DNA from: Nemertoderma westbladi
Lineage: Eukaryota; Animalia; Xenacoelomorpha
Assembly: GCA_032718475.1 (NCBI GenBank)
Contig: JAUCBJ010001356.1
Span: forward strand, 1 to 64,000
Length of the DNA stretch: 64,000 nucleotides
Direction of reading: 5' to 3'
The number at the start of each line of letters is the position of its first letter. Positions within the stretch are counted from its first letter, which is position 1. The notes under the pieces were generated by a model that saw nothing but the letters and a program-made list of their open reading frames with translations, did no database searches and was not told where the DNA came from. The position numbers were made by a program, and so were the translations under genes. Below are positions 27,601 to 42,194 of this stretch, piece by piece.

Positions 27601-30600
27601 ACTATCTCTATTTTCTCTACGGTGTGTCCAAACCCATGTGAAACCAGGGAAAAGTGTTTACAATTGTAATATAATGTTTATAATTATAAAATAAAGGTAA
27701 GGTTTAAATTAATGAAACTTACATCGATAACTTCAACCTCCCGCTCTCCGATATAAACGCCTCTCTGTAAATCGGCTTTAACCTTGTCGTCTTCGGCTAT
27801 CAGAATTTCCAAACGCGAAGCCAACTTCTCTGTTATCGGTATAAAATGCGACTGTTGAAATTAAATAATATTTATATTAAATAAAAAAACATTTTGAGTC
27901 CTCGGCAACGTAATTATAATATTGAATATAATTATTGGTTTATGTTACGATTGTAATGAGATTACCAAATAACCTATCAACCTATAATAGGCACGCTACA
28001 ATTAGAATATACCGATTTATTAAGAAACTTGCGCCGCCACAACTCCCTATTCCCCATGACTTTCGCGAGATTATCCGCATCTTCAAGGCCAGTGTACTTT
28101 AAGGGGCGTCTTAAGAAAGTCATGGGATGTCCACCATGCTTATTTACTCCAAGGGACCGCCAAAACACAAGATTGGGCACAGACAGGTACTCATGGCGAA
28201 AGCAATGTCCTGCAAAGCGGAGTCCGCTCTGATCAAGTGTCAAACTTGGGAGGACTAATGTTGTAGGGTCTTTCCCTACATTGCATTATAAGGAGACCCT
28301 GACCCTACTAGTTTGTACATGTACTACAGTAGTCCTACTAGTAAAAACTGCAGCGCATGACTTGGTGAGCTGTTTATGCAACTGTAATAAATTCTATTAT
28401 AATTTTTTATGATTTCGTTCAGAAATTGAAGAATTAAGAAACACGTCAATGGCACCATTTACGCGCATTTCGGCCTATCAGGCCTCGTCAGTAGCGCTAA
28501 CCAGTACGTAAATAGGATATCCAACTTAAGACTGTCTGTTCAATAGAAGTGGATTACTAGGAAGGCGAGAGTCAGTGGAGCGTGGCTGAACTGGTTAGCG
28601 CTACTCGGTTAGGGTTAGGAGTAGTAGGAGAAGAATGGCCCTCCGCATAGTCCTCCCTAGCTTGGGCTATGGGCTACTTCTCGGAGGGCTATTAAAAATG
28701 CCAAATTCCGACGCGTGCCATATGTCACCTTCAGCAGTTGCCATCAACCAATCGTAGCGTAGCCTGCCTTACTCGACTGACTGACTACTGTTACCTACTA
28801 ACTAACCCTACGGTTATTCCCCTTTTCGCCACGTTACCACCACCACCACCATCACCACCACTGTATACTGTATATGGTGACGACAACGACGACGTGGCCA
28901 TCTACACGCATCACGCATATACCCTCCCTCGATATTATATATTATATTATATCGATTGCCAACTCAACGATTTACCCACCGCCAGCTAGAGCTACTCCTC
29001 GACGGCTGTCGCCAAACCAACCAGCCAGTATGATACATGAAATTCCACCACGTTCCCGCTACGCGTATTCGTACATTAGTGATTATTATTATTATTACGC
29101 AAAACCAAATAATTTTTAATTATACTGTATTTCCCTACCGGCTAATCAACCAATCAATAAACCGAATTTAGGCTATTTCTCAGTTTAAGACCTGTATTAT
29201 TTTTGAAAATATCTTATATATATAATCTCTTGCTTTAATCACAATTAATCATTTGTAGTGGTTTTAGTTTAAAAGTTTTTACTTTGTTTGTTTGATTTAT
29301 AATAAAATAAATTAATTAAATAATGTCTTCTAATTCCGATATGGTTATGCCAATAGTAAGGCATTCATTTTTTGCAGAAGATGGTGAAGCCTATATTGTT
29401 ATTGATTATACAATTTACCGTCGGGGAGATGATAAATATAAAATTGAGTTTTCTGAAAAAGCCAGGAAAGTTTTAAGCTCAATTGATATTGATGCTTCTG
29501 ATAATAGTATTCATCTCTTAGATTACAACCTGAAAGTTGAGCATGAGGGAAAATTAATCAATATCTTACTATTATCCATGATAGAGGGGATAATTGTTAT
29601 TACACAATACAACGAAGCTGGTGAAAAGTTTGAAATACGGCTAAATCGGCATAGCCCCTACGAAATTATGTCTTTCTTTATTGTAATGATTTCAAAAGAA
29701 TCCTTTGTCGAAACAGAACTAGAACTAGAATCAACAGATAATGTTGAATATGTTGATAATATCATTGATTCTTGACTTTTCCCACTATATTATAAATATT
29801 TTATGATTATTTATAAAATTTTGATGTTTTTAATTATGAAAAAAAAAACATCAAATTTTAAATAATCGAAAATTGTAGTAGTAATTGTATATACAGTATA
29901 ACAGATTTGTTTGTTGTTGTGTATTGAGGTAATTATTTTCAATTTACTTTAAAATTTGGAAAATGGATATTTTAAATGAAAAATGTCCAGTTTGCTATTC
30001 TAAGTTATTGCAACATCGAGATTATTATAAATGTGAAAATAAACATGCAACTTGCGTACAATGTATTGTACAATATTCCGAAATGAATAATTATTGTTCT
30101 AAAATTTGTCCTATTTGTCGCGCACCCATATCTAAGTTTAATATAAAGTTGGCAAGATACCAACCCTATTATTGGAAAGAGCTTCGCAATATAACTTATA
30201 TTTCTGCGGAAAGTAATGATCCAGGAGATTTATTTACAATATTGGAGAATATTTTTTATAGAAATGTAGTACGACGGTGTTGCTACTATATTCCTTATTT
30301 TTTTAGCAGCGAACATAAAAAAATCATTAGCGCGAAATTCTCGGGAAGTGATTTCCAAACCGCCGATGTTACCTATCATTATTTCGCGTATAAAGATGCT
30401 CACCATGCTTGAAATTACATTGAAAATGAGTCTATACTATAATTGGAAATAGCACCTTTTGTTGCAGCGAGCGTCACATACTGTAGTTGTGTCATATGTT
30501 AATTAAATATACAGTACTCTAATATTGTAGTTGCCTCAATTATTGTTATATACATAGTAATAGTGATGGTTTATTGATATTGATATTTATATTATATTAT

Positions 30601-33600
30601 ATTGTATTGTTGATATATCTTAATAATAATAATAAATGGCTGACTTTAATTCAGGTCCATATAATTTAAACTTTCAAATGGGAACGAGTATGATAATTTC
30701 TGGCCCATCTGGTTCTGGAAAGTCAACATTTGTGAGCAATTTAATTAAACACAAGAATGGTTGTTTCAACGAAGCCCCCTTGCGAGTATTGTATTGTTAC
30801 GGGAGCAATCCCCCAACTATTCCTGGTATTACTCACCTTTACAAAGGTTTGCCAGAAAATATAGATAGTTTAGTGAATAGTCGAGATTTATTAATTATAG
30901 ATGATTTATTAACAGAAACTGAGTCCAGTACAGCTTTAACTGCATTGTTTACTAAGGCAGCTCATCATTCCAATATATTTATTTGTTTTATAACGCAAAA
31001 CATGTTTTACGGTGGGAAGCATAACCACACAAGATCAATTAATAGCCATACTTTAGTATTAATGAAAAATCCGCGAGACTGTTATTCGGTTTTAAATTTC
31101 GCGAAGCAGATGTTACCAGGGCAGACCAAATTTTTAGTAGATTCCTATCAAGATGCGACTATTGAACCATTTTCGCATTTCTTAATTGATTTACGACAGG
31201 AAACACCCGAACATTTAAGATTTAGATCGGATATATTTCGTAATCATAATTGTTACATTAAAAATTACATTGACTATAAACGTAGCGAAAATAATAATAA
31301 TAATAATAAATAATTAATATTTTGTAACAATTTTCAATAATGTTGCAACAATGAATAGACTTGTGCAGAAATATCGTAACGAACTGGAATTTCTACGCAG
31401 CGCTAACCCTTAACAAAGAACTTATTTTATTAACCATACCGCGAGTAACGAATTAATACGGCTCATTGTAAATACTGCATTAAATGTTCTAAAAGGTAAC
31501 GTACAATTGACCCCTCATTCATTTAGAAATATTCGCCGCTTTAAAAAGGTATTGAAATCACTCAACCGTAAAACAAAAAATATATCAAGTTACAGAAAAA
31601 AGTTAAGCAATCAATCTGGAGGCATACTACCGTTTCTAATACCCTTACTCGGCATTGGTGCGAAACTCGCCGCGAGTGCTGGTGCCACTGCCGCTGGAGC
31701 GGCTATTGCGAAAAAAATTAACCGTGGACGGTAATAATGGTTAAAACAGGAGTAACATTTAGAAAATTATATTTAGTATCGAGTAAACCGTTAGCTACTG
31801 ATTTAAAACCTCAAGATATACCTAGAGTAAATACTACAAAAAGAAAACCCTTTAAAACATCAACTTCAAAAAAAATAATAAAAAAATTTCAGTTGTTTTT
31901 ACGGTGATGCCCTTTATAAGAGATTTGAATATACATATTACTTGCGGTTGTCGAAAAGATGCCACGCAAGATGAAACCGATTTTAAGCCGAAGCTTAGAC
32001 AAAAAACTGTTAAGAATTTATTTAGATCCTTCATCCCCTGCGGGTTTTGCAAGTATCGCAAAATTAGCAAAAGCCGCAAACATCAAACCAGCTCAAGCCC
32101 AGAAATGGTTGAGCGGGCAAAAGACATACTCCCTTCACGCACCACGTAGACATCATTATCCAACATCTAAAATATTTACGGGAGGCTTAAAAGATATATA
32201 TATGATAGATCTGGTGGATATGCAGCAATATAAATCGCAAAATAATAATTATAACTATATATTAACATGTATTGATGCCTTTAGCCGGCTTGCTTTTGCC
32301 TATGGTATGAAAACAAAAAAGGGTATTGAAATTATTAGTATATTGCAAAAAATATTCCAGAAAGGAAAACCAAACAGAATCGCAACTGATCAAGGGTCTG
32401 AGTTTCTAAATAAATCTGTAAGGAAATATTTAGATACTATTGGTATACAGTATTATGTAATGTATTCTGTGAATAAGGCGGCTATTGTCGAGAGATTCAA
32501 TAGAACATTAAAAACAAAGATGTTCAAAATTTTCACGCAACGGGGAAATAATGTTTGGATAAAAATTTTACCGAAGCTCATTTATGCTTATAATAGGTCA
32601 TATCATAGGACAATACAAATGACACCCATTGAAGTTAATAAATTTAATGAAACTGAATTAATGAATAGATTATATGGGAAATATAGACAGATTAATCACA
32701 AGAAAATAAAATTTAAAGTTGGAGATACAGTACGATTATCTATCGCTCGTACTGCTTTTGCTAAAGGCTATCGAGAACAATGGACACGTGAATTATTTAT
32801 TATTCATCGGGTCAGATTGGATAGAGTACCAGCGGTAATGTTCGATATTAAGGACAGCGCTGGAGCTATAATAAATGGCTCATTTTATTCATACGAACTC
32901 CAAAAGGTCCACCCGAATAGTAATATTTATCTTCCGATTGACAAAAATATTGGCAAACTTAAAGAACGTGTACGCAATGGGAAAAAAGAATATTTAGTCC
33001 GATTCATCGGATCCAAGAAACAGTCGTGGGTACAGCATATTCAATAAGTTTAGGTTTATACTGTATATTAATTCATTTTGGTCACATATGTCCGTAATTA
33101 ATTAATCAATCAATATTAACTCGAATGATATTACTATACTATAGTTCATTCGCTTTAAATAAAGCCAGTAAAATATTGATCCCTCGCATATACTGTAGAA
33201 GTGGGAATGAACGTGGTCACAGATGTCTATAATTTAACATTATACCGTACTGTACTGTACTGTATGTACAAAGGAGTCAAGTAGAGAGAGCTTAAATAAT
33301 AATAATAATAATGGCTGTAGATACATATATCACTCTACTTTCAGATAGCTCATTAAACACTTACCCCAATAATAACCCTAGCGAGTTTACTGTTGATTTA
33401 GCCGAAGAATTATATATTGGTCCAAACGCTAAAATTGGACTCGCCGAGATACAATACCAAGCAACATACAGTAATATTACTCTGCAAACTCAAATCTCGC
33501 TGTCAATCGGGGTAGATGCAAAAGATGCCAAATTATACAGTTTATTTCCTGGTATGCATAGCTCTATTCAAGTCATTATTGATGATATAAATAAACTGTT

Positions 33601-36600
33601 TAATTCTGAAGCGAAATATAGAGATTTCGAATTCATTTTTAATACAAATTATTCTAGAATTAAATTTAAATTTCCTAAAAAGTTGAAAAAAATACAATTA
33701 AGTCTACGCGGTGATTTAATTCAAATTCTAGGCTTAAAACCGTTATTGGATCAGAATCATCCGAGTATTCCGAATTGGGATATATACAGTACCACTACAG
33801 TGGATGAATTAAGCAATATAGAACAGCCGATATTAATTTTAAATTATAGTGGACCAAAAATTTCGGAAATTGGGATTTTAGATTTTCCAGCTCCCACGAA
33901 TATTACTCGTAATAAAGATACAATCTTCATATATACAGATATTATTAAGAGCTCATTTGTTGGTGACGCTTTAGCACCGCTCTTAAGAACCTGTCCTTTA
34001 ACACAATTAAATCGAAAATATATTAATCACGAATACAAGAGCATTTGCTATTACCGGTTGTTGAATAAAAAACTAAAAACAATCTTAATTACTTTACGTG
34101 ACGGTCAAGGTGAATTAATTAATTTCAACGGCGGTCGCACTGTTATAACACTTAAGTTAATACGCGGTGGTGGTGATGGATGAGTTCTACGTTAGACTAC
34201 CAAGTAACTCCTGTCCAATTGATTTTCCTCGTAATACTGGTAGTAATTATCAGATCAATTTCCATGGTGCCTTACCTATAAATCCAAACGAAAACTGGGT
34301 GGTAGGTATAAAAAGTATATTTTACTTAGCCACATTACCGTCCATGTATAACAATGTAGAGAATGTTATTTTATTAAAAAAAAGGAAAAAAAATTTTGAG
34401 GATACACTTCCATCCGGTTTGTTCTACAGTATCAATGACATTATAGATTATTTTAACACTGGGGCGTTGAAAGATAAATTACAAATAGTTGAAAATACTC
34501 AGCAAAATAGGTTGCAATTTATTTCAGGGAAAACTGTACGAGAGTTATTTATAGGTCAACAATTAGCCTATTATTTTGGAATTACTGAAAATAATCTCGG
34601 CGCGAATTTAAATCCAAATTTTAAAATTATTTTGAAGACGAAAAATAATATAAAGGGTTATTTAATAAAGGTTATCGGAAATGAAGAAAAAGCTTACCAG
34701 ATGGTATTTTTATGCCCTCAACCACCCAATTCTATTCCAGAACCTAAATCGAACATGTACGTGACTAGTAATATAATTGAAAATGAATATATTAATGACT
34801 TTGGTTTAGCCTTACTTCGTCGTGTCGCGATACCTGATGATGTGAAATATGGTAGTATAATAAATAAAGAATTTGTCAAGGATACAATTCATTATATCCC
34901 TGTAAAAAAATCATATAAGATAACATACATTCATATTGAAATAACAGACAAAGAAGGAAAAGATTTGAATTTTGAATACGGCACAACTTCAATTACCTTA
35001 CACTTTAAAAAAATAAATTAAAATGGATTCCGATTTATTTCAAAGATACAGTAAACCTCAATATGGTGGTGCAGACTCTAATCTTGCTGTTTTTAAAGGT
35101 GGAAGAAGTACGAGAGGCTTGACGCAAGTTCCTGTTTTTCGAAGTGGTTCATATATTGACCCTTACGGACAACAAATTGGTGCATTTGGTCCAAACTTAA
35201 AACAACGTCGTTTTCAACGTTATCGTAGAGGTATGTTGCGAACAAATCAACACGGGGAAGGTATATTTACAGACGCTTTATCTACATTGAAAAAATTTGG
35301 TAAGCCATTAGCAAAAAAAGTGTTACAAAAAGCTTTACCATTTACCACAAAATTTATGAGACAACACGTAATACCAAAAGGTAAGCGGGTCTTACATCAG
35401 CAGTCTAATACGGTTATTAATAAAGCATTAAATAAAATGAAACCATCAACAAGATCTGTTGTAGAAAAAGTTTATAGAGATTTAAAGCAACCTACTAGGC
35501 CAATGTCTATGAACATACATCATCGTCGTAGTAAAAATAGAAAAATAAAAGGCAAACTGAAACACTGCAAAAAAAGTATTTTTTAATAATTTCAATTATT
35601 AAGGAATTGGATTTATTTTCTACACAGCCAATACAGACTGAATTTAAAGCAAAGCATTATGAAACAATTTACCCGGTATCCAATCTCAGAAGTGAGTCTA
35701 GGGAAGTCACATTCCTTGTACCAAGATCCAATGAATTCTATACGAAACTGCAAGATGCGTTATTAATTACAAAATGTACTGTATGGTGGGATAGACAACT
35801 TGAAAACTCCCATATTTATATGTTGAATTACCCTTCTGGGACTATGTGGAGTGATATTAAAATAGACCTTAATGAGAAGCAGGTTGAAAATAGAAATAAC
35901 CATTATTTCTACAAGTCGTACTTATCCAATTTACTATTTACAACATACGAATCTAAAAATGGGCTACTGGGGGCGGGTGGCTTTCATCAGCCTTTATCCG
36001 AACACGGAAATGAAATTAATCCTGGTGCGCATCCTATTGGCGATGCCTTTAGTAAACAAATGCAATTTGTAAGTGGATTGACAATTGATTTTGATACTGA
36101 AACTAAAATAATACAACCTGGGTATGATTTAAGAATGCATTTTAGAAAAGTATCAAATTCGTTTATTTTTAAAATCACTCCAAACGCAAACGCTGTGACA
36201 AATCTTCGGTTAGAATTAGATGAAGTAAAGATCCTAATCCCTAGAATGGAGGTTAATCCAGTAATAGAAAGCAGTCACCTAAAAGGTTTAGAGAGTTACG
36301 ATATTGAATATCAATTCCAAAAAAAGGAGGTTACAACATTTACTATTCCCGCTCAAACCACAAATTACACCCAAACAAACATATTTGATGGTAAAAAACC
36401 CAAATTAGTTATTATCGGTTTTATAAGAAATAATGCATATTCGGGAGAATTAATTAGTAACCCCTTGAAATTTGAACATTTTAACCTTAGACGCGCGGAA
36501 CTGATTGTAGACGGTCTTCCAGTAGGTGGTGTAATATACGAGCCTAATTTTACAGATGGAACATACATTTTTGAGTATACTCAATTAATGAAAAACATTA

Positions 36601-39600
36601 ATACATATATTAACGGTTATGGAGGTAATAATATAGAACATGAAACCTACTTAGGTAATTGCCAACTCATATCCTGGGACCTAACCGCCGACGGCTATGT
36701 TAGAGATCCGCAACCATCGATATATACTAACAGCCAATTAAAATTAAGATTTGCCGAACCGTTGGTTGAGACCATAAATGTAATCGTTTTTAATATTTAT
36801 GATCATTCATTAAGTTTAAATAGCAGGAAAGAAATACATATCGATTAAGTATGTTATCTACACGTTCGTGGGGCCTTCGCGCAGCACGAGGCCCAGTTAT
36901 GAGATACAAATTAAAATTGAGCGACTGTATCACAAAATCAGGTTTTGAGAAATTTACCCATACCACCAATCAATCCAAGAAAGGGGGACAGTACGTGTTC
37001 ACCCCTTTTAATCTCTCCACCCCCCCCCCCCCCCCCCCACCCTTCCCAACCACCAATACATAACCGCGACATCTACCACCCACGGAAGGGTAGAACAAAC
37101 TTATTTCCAATCGCACGTTCAATATGCAAAGCCAGGTGGTGTATAGGAATATAATCAATGCCGTACTCGTCTTAATTATTATAAGCGTCGTTGCGCTCAT
37201 CCTGTTTTGTATTTGAATATATTTCCTAAACGCAGACTGGCAATCTTTATAACTATGGATACGTGCAATATGCGAAACCAGGAATGGTTCATAGGAATAT
37301 AATCAATGCAGAACGCAGTACTAAATGCAGTCGATGCAGTAATGATATTCAAATAATTAATTTAATACCAGTACCCTCTGTTAATGCCTCAGTGTAAAAA
37401 CTTAGACAATTCAACTACAAAGAAATCCCATCAAAAAATAATAAGCCCAATATTTATGAGGAAAAAACAAGTATGGATATAAATAAGCCTTCTGCAGTGG
37501 TAAAATGTTATTGACTGACATTTATTAAATGAGATCTGTCTAACACACAATAACACAATAATAGACTGAATAGTAGGGAATTCAGATTTCCATCTCGTTA
37601 GCTAGCTATGGCCAATCTGTCTACCGGCCTGTACACATGTGGTTACTTACATTCACATTCCCATTGAAGAGCACTGGCTGTTCTACACACACCAAACATC
37701 CTTCCTATCTTATGTACCAGCACCGAGCCAACTTGGATGTTAACCAATAAATGAGCAGTATTTAATGAGAATCAATTTTTTTTGCCGTTTTAATTACTTT
37801 AGATCAATTAAAGACACAATTATTAAAGCAAATCACTTGAACTAATTAAAAACTATAATAGAATGGCGTATGTGGATTACATCTGTATAATTTTTAATTA
37901 TAATTATTTAAATCTTATACTGTAAAACAATTAATTTCCTTTAAAAGGCAGGTTGAAAATGGTGTTTTTACCGTAATCAACTTAATTAACTAATTAACTG
38001 CTATTATCTTAGCTTCTCGAAGGCCACACGGAAATTCTACTTGGAAAATTTCTAAACTTTTGCCAAACAACATGTGTACCAAGTTTGGATAGATTTCATC
38101 AAAGATTGGCCGAGTTATTAACGTTTAAAATTGAACGCGACAGAACGACAGAACGACAGAACGACACGTTCGTGGGGCCTTCGCGCAGCACGAGGCCCAG
38201 TTATGAGATACAAATTAAAATTGTGCGACTGTATCACAAAATCAGGTTATGAGATATTAACCCACACCACCAATTAATCAAAGAAAGGGGGACAGTACGT
38301 GTTCACCCCTTTTAATCTGCACACCCCCCCCCCCCCCCCTCCCCCCACCCACCAATACATAACCGCGACATCTACCACCCACGGAAGGGTAGCACGAACT
38401 TATTTCCAATCGCACGTTAAATATGCAAAGCCAGGTGGTTTATAGGAATATAATAAACGCAGTACTCGTTTTCATTATAAGCCTCTTTGCGTTCGTCCTG
38501 TTTTGTATTTAAATATATTTCTTAAACGCAGGCTAGGACGATCTTTATAATAATAATAACTAGGGATGCGATCAATATGTGAAGCCAGGTGGTTTATATA
38601 ACAATTTAGTCAACGCAGTACTCGTCTTCATTATATGCCTCGTTGCGCTCGTCGCTTGTCCTGTTTTGTCATAAAATATTTTTCCTAAACGCAGACTGAC
38701 GATCTTTATACAGTTATAACTATGCGAAGTTTCGAAACTGTGCGAGTAACTGTTGATACATCTATGTGGAGATGTGTGATATGTGGAGATGTGTGATACA
38801 ACGCCAACGCATCTTATGCCGATGTAGTAATATGGGTATTGAAATAATATTAAATCAATGTACACTCTTAAAGCTGCAGCGAAAAAATGTAGCTAATTTC
38901 CTAGGTTACATATAAAATAATAATATTATTTTTAAGAACATTAATTTTACTACTTTGCAAAAATTCAATTAAAAAATAACCAGACATATACATTGTGGAA
39001 TAAACTATTTCAGAAGCCTACACAACAGCCATGCCATGGATTGTATTTATGTTATTATATCTGTCATTTACCTGAGATAGCAATACAACACTTATAGTAG
39101 AGTCAATACAGGAAGGATGTTGGGATGTTGGATTTCAAGAATGATGTCTGGGCTGGAATAGCAATACTGGTTGCCTATTACAGTACAATTCCTCTCTGGT
39201 TAGTCTACAGCCACAACTCCAAGCCAGCTAGCTCCACACCAGCAGAGACTTGACCAATAATCATTCCCAGCAAATAGCTGCCTTACACACACATCCTTCC
39301 ATCGTACCAGCATGTTAGCCAATAAATGAGCAGTATTTAATGAGAATCAATTTTTTATGACGTTTTAATTACTTTAGATCAATTAAAGACACAATTAATA
39401 AAGCAAATCACTTGAACTAATTAAAAACTATAATAGAATGGCGTATGTGGATTACATCTGTATAATTTTTAAGTATAATTATTTAAATCTTATACTGTAA
39501 AACAATTAATTTCCTTTAAAAGGCAGGTTGAAAATGGTGTTTTTACCGTAATCAACTTAATTAACTAATTAACTGCTATTATCTTAGCTTCTCGAAGGCC

Positions 39601-42157
39601 ACACGGAAATTCTACTTGGAAAATTTCTAAACTTTTGCCAAACAACATGTGTACCAAGTTTGGATAGATTTCATCAAAGATTGGCTGAGTTATTAACGTT
39701 TAAAATTGGACGCGACAGAACGACAGAACGACAGAACGACAGGTTGATTAATGGTACCACTACGCTAAGGCTCACTCACTTCGTGGCTCGCCCCACAGGT
39801 TGATTAATGGTACCACTACGCTAAGGCTCACTCACTTCGTGGCTCGCCCCACAGAGGACCTTGATATGTTTCCAGTGGGTGGTCACTATTTGGGAGCGTT
39901 TTCATCTAACAAATTACCTAAATTAGATAATAATAAGCGGAGAGATTATGGGTTAATAGTAAACACCGATAAAGAGCATCTACCCGGGGTTCATTGGATA
40001 GCTATATATATACGAGATAATGAGGCTGAATTATTTAATTCATTTGGACCAAAATATCCAAACAGATGTATTGAAAAATGGCTTGAGAAAAATTCAGCAA
40101 GATGGCGTACTACCCGGAAACAATTTCAAGACCCCAGGAGGACCACATGTGGATTATACTGTCTTTATTACTTGGTAAATCGAATTCACACAAACTATCC
40201 AATGAGAGCGTTTACAAATAATGTGGAAATAAATGAAATAATATTATATAAATGGCTTGTTAATTATTATAAAATAAACCAACAAGCGTTGTAATTAATC
40301 ATTTAACTTTTGTTTATCAGATAAAATGGATAATATTATTTTTGTTGATTTTCAATATTATACGATAGACAATAAGGAATATCCGGTAGTATTTAAAGAA
40401 TTTGCTATATTCGATTCTAATTACACCAAAACTAATGTAAAGACGTTTTTAATTAAAGGTCCACCTAATATTAAGTTATCAGCATTAGATAAAGCTCACG
40501 TAAACAATTTACGAGACATGACTTCGCATTTACCTTGGGATTACGGTGACATTTCGCAAGATGACTTTAAAAAGTACATGAAGAGACATTTAAAATATAA
40601 AAAAAATATACATGTATTTGGGTTGATGAAGCAGGCAATATTAGTTTCCCAACTTGATGTTCTCGCACCAAATTCGATGGAGAAATTGGGGATATATCGA
40701 CTATATTACAATTATTTAACTCCATGCCTTCCAGATCAATTAACTACTACAGTAGAAGATAAATGTAGTTTTCACAAAGATGGTGATAGCTGCTTGAATT
40801 ACTGCTCAGCGAAAAGGATTGGAGGGTATGTAACGAAGCGTTTAACTGAAACTGATGATAAACAGAAAGAAATAACTGCGGTGAATGATGTACAGTAGGT
40901 TTACTCTAAGCATGTAATGTGATGGGATAATATAATTGTTTTAATGTCAATAAAAATAATAAAAACATTAAAATCTATTTTTTTATATCTCAGTTTGACT
41001 GAAGGTGTAGGGCTTAAGTTTACACTCACAAACACACCGTACCTACCGGTAGCCGGCTGTTGTATCAGAGTTTAACTACCAGTAGCTGACTTTACACACA
41101 TACAGACATATAACAACAACGCTAAACTGTAGAACGGCAGAATGGGCAGAATGGCACCCCCTTCTAGAGTGACAGCACCCACAGCGCTTTAGCGTTACTT
41201 ACTAATAATAAAATTAAATTAACTCGACATGAGGTTCGTGAATGCAGCATTAGAGGGGCCCACCTAACAATAGGCCTACTGGTACCGGCGCTGTAGCACT
41301 CTTGTAACTGTATACTTGGATAGAGCAAGGGCATGCAGGTTTCTTCGATTTAAGGATTAGGCTATTACACTTGAATGCTTCCAATTTTCTGTTTACAACT
41401 TTAATTGGTCTAATCTACATTACTGCGGGCTACTACTGTTGCATAGGCAAGCCTATACAGCTATAGTTAACTTTATGCGGCCCCTTTTTCGAATGTTGAC
41501 CCAAAATGGTTTACGGTACACCTTCATTCGATTAGGCATATAGGCCTAATGACTCCTCAACTGAAAGCTGACTAGCTCACGGATACAATAGGTGTGGTTA
41601 GGTACCGGTAGCGCTATTGGTCCTATAAAATCCCCTCGCACTCTCTGTTACTAACTTTCAACATTCACTTTATGTCAGTATGTTGTATGCTATACAGTTA
41701 ACCTTTAGAACTCACAGTCAGGCGCCCCTTCATTCAACCAGTCATATAAAGGCTCCACTCGGATACAATAGGTGTGGCTCGCGGTATACCTAACTAGGCC
41801 TATATAAAATCCACCACATTCTCTGTTACTAACATTCACTCTATGTTGACGGGTCTATATAAAACATAGTTAGTTTATTTATGTATTCGCTTTTTTTTAA
41901 ATTAGATATAAAATAGGTAGACAGATTGATAACATTTATTAAATCAAATATAAAATAAACTTACTGCTACAGCTACTGCAGTAATATTTACAGTACAGTC
42001 AGGAACACTGGCCACAATTTACAACCAGAATGTATCCGCAGAAAATGCTCCAAATAGTGACTGCACGGTCACTTTTCTGGTTGTAAATATGCGAATAATT
42101 TTTCGCTGAGCTTCAGTCAGAAAGTGATCGCTGTTCCTAACTATAGTACTAAGTTTT

Positions 42158-42194
<37 letters not shown>

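Noticed and set aside
28738-29119. ORFs in the left TIR and mirror ORF 49945-50223
   Set aside because: Non-ATG starts within TIRs, with indels between the two copies.
39800-39850. N-terminus [10 protein letters not shown]... of the protease ORF
   Set aside because: Derived from the inserted element with a TTG start; the real start is ATG 36851.
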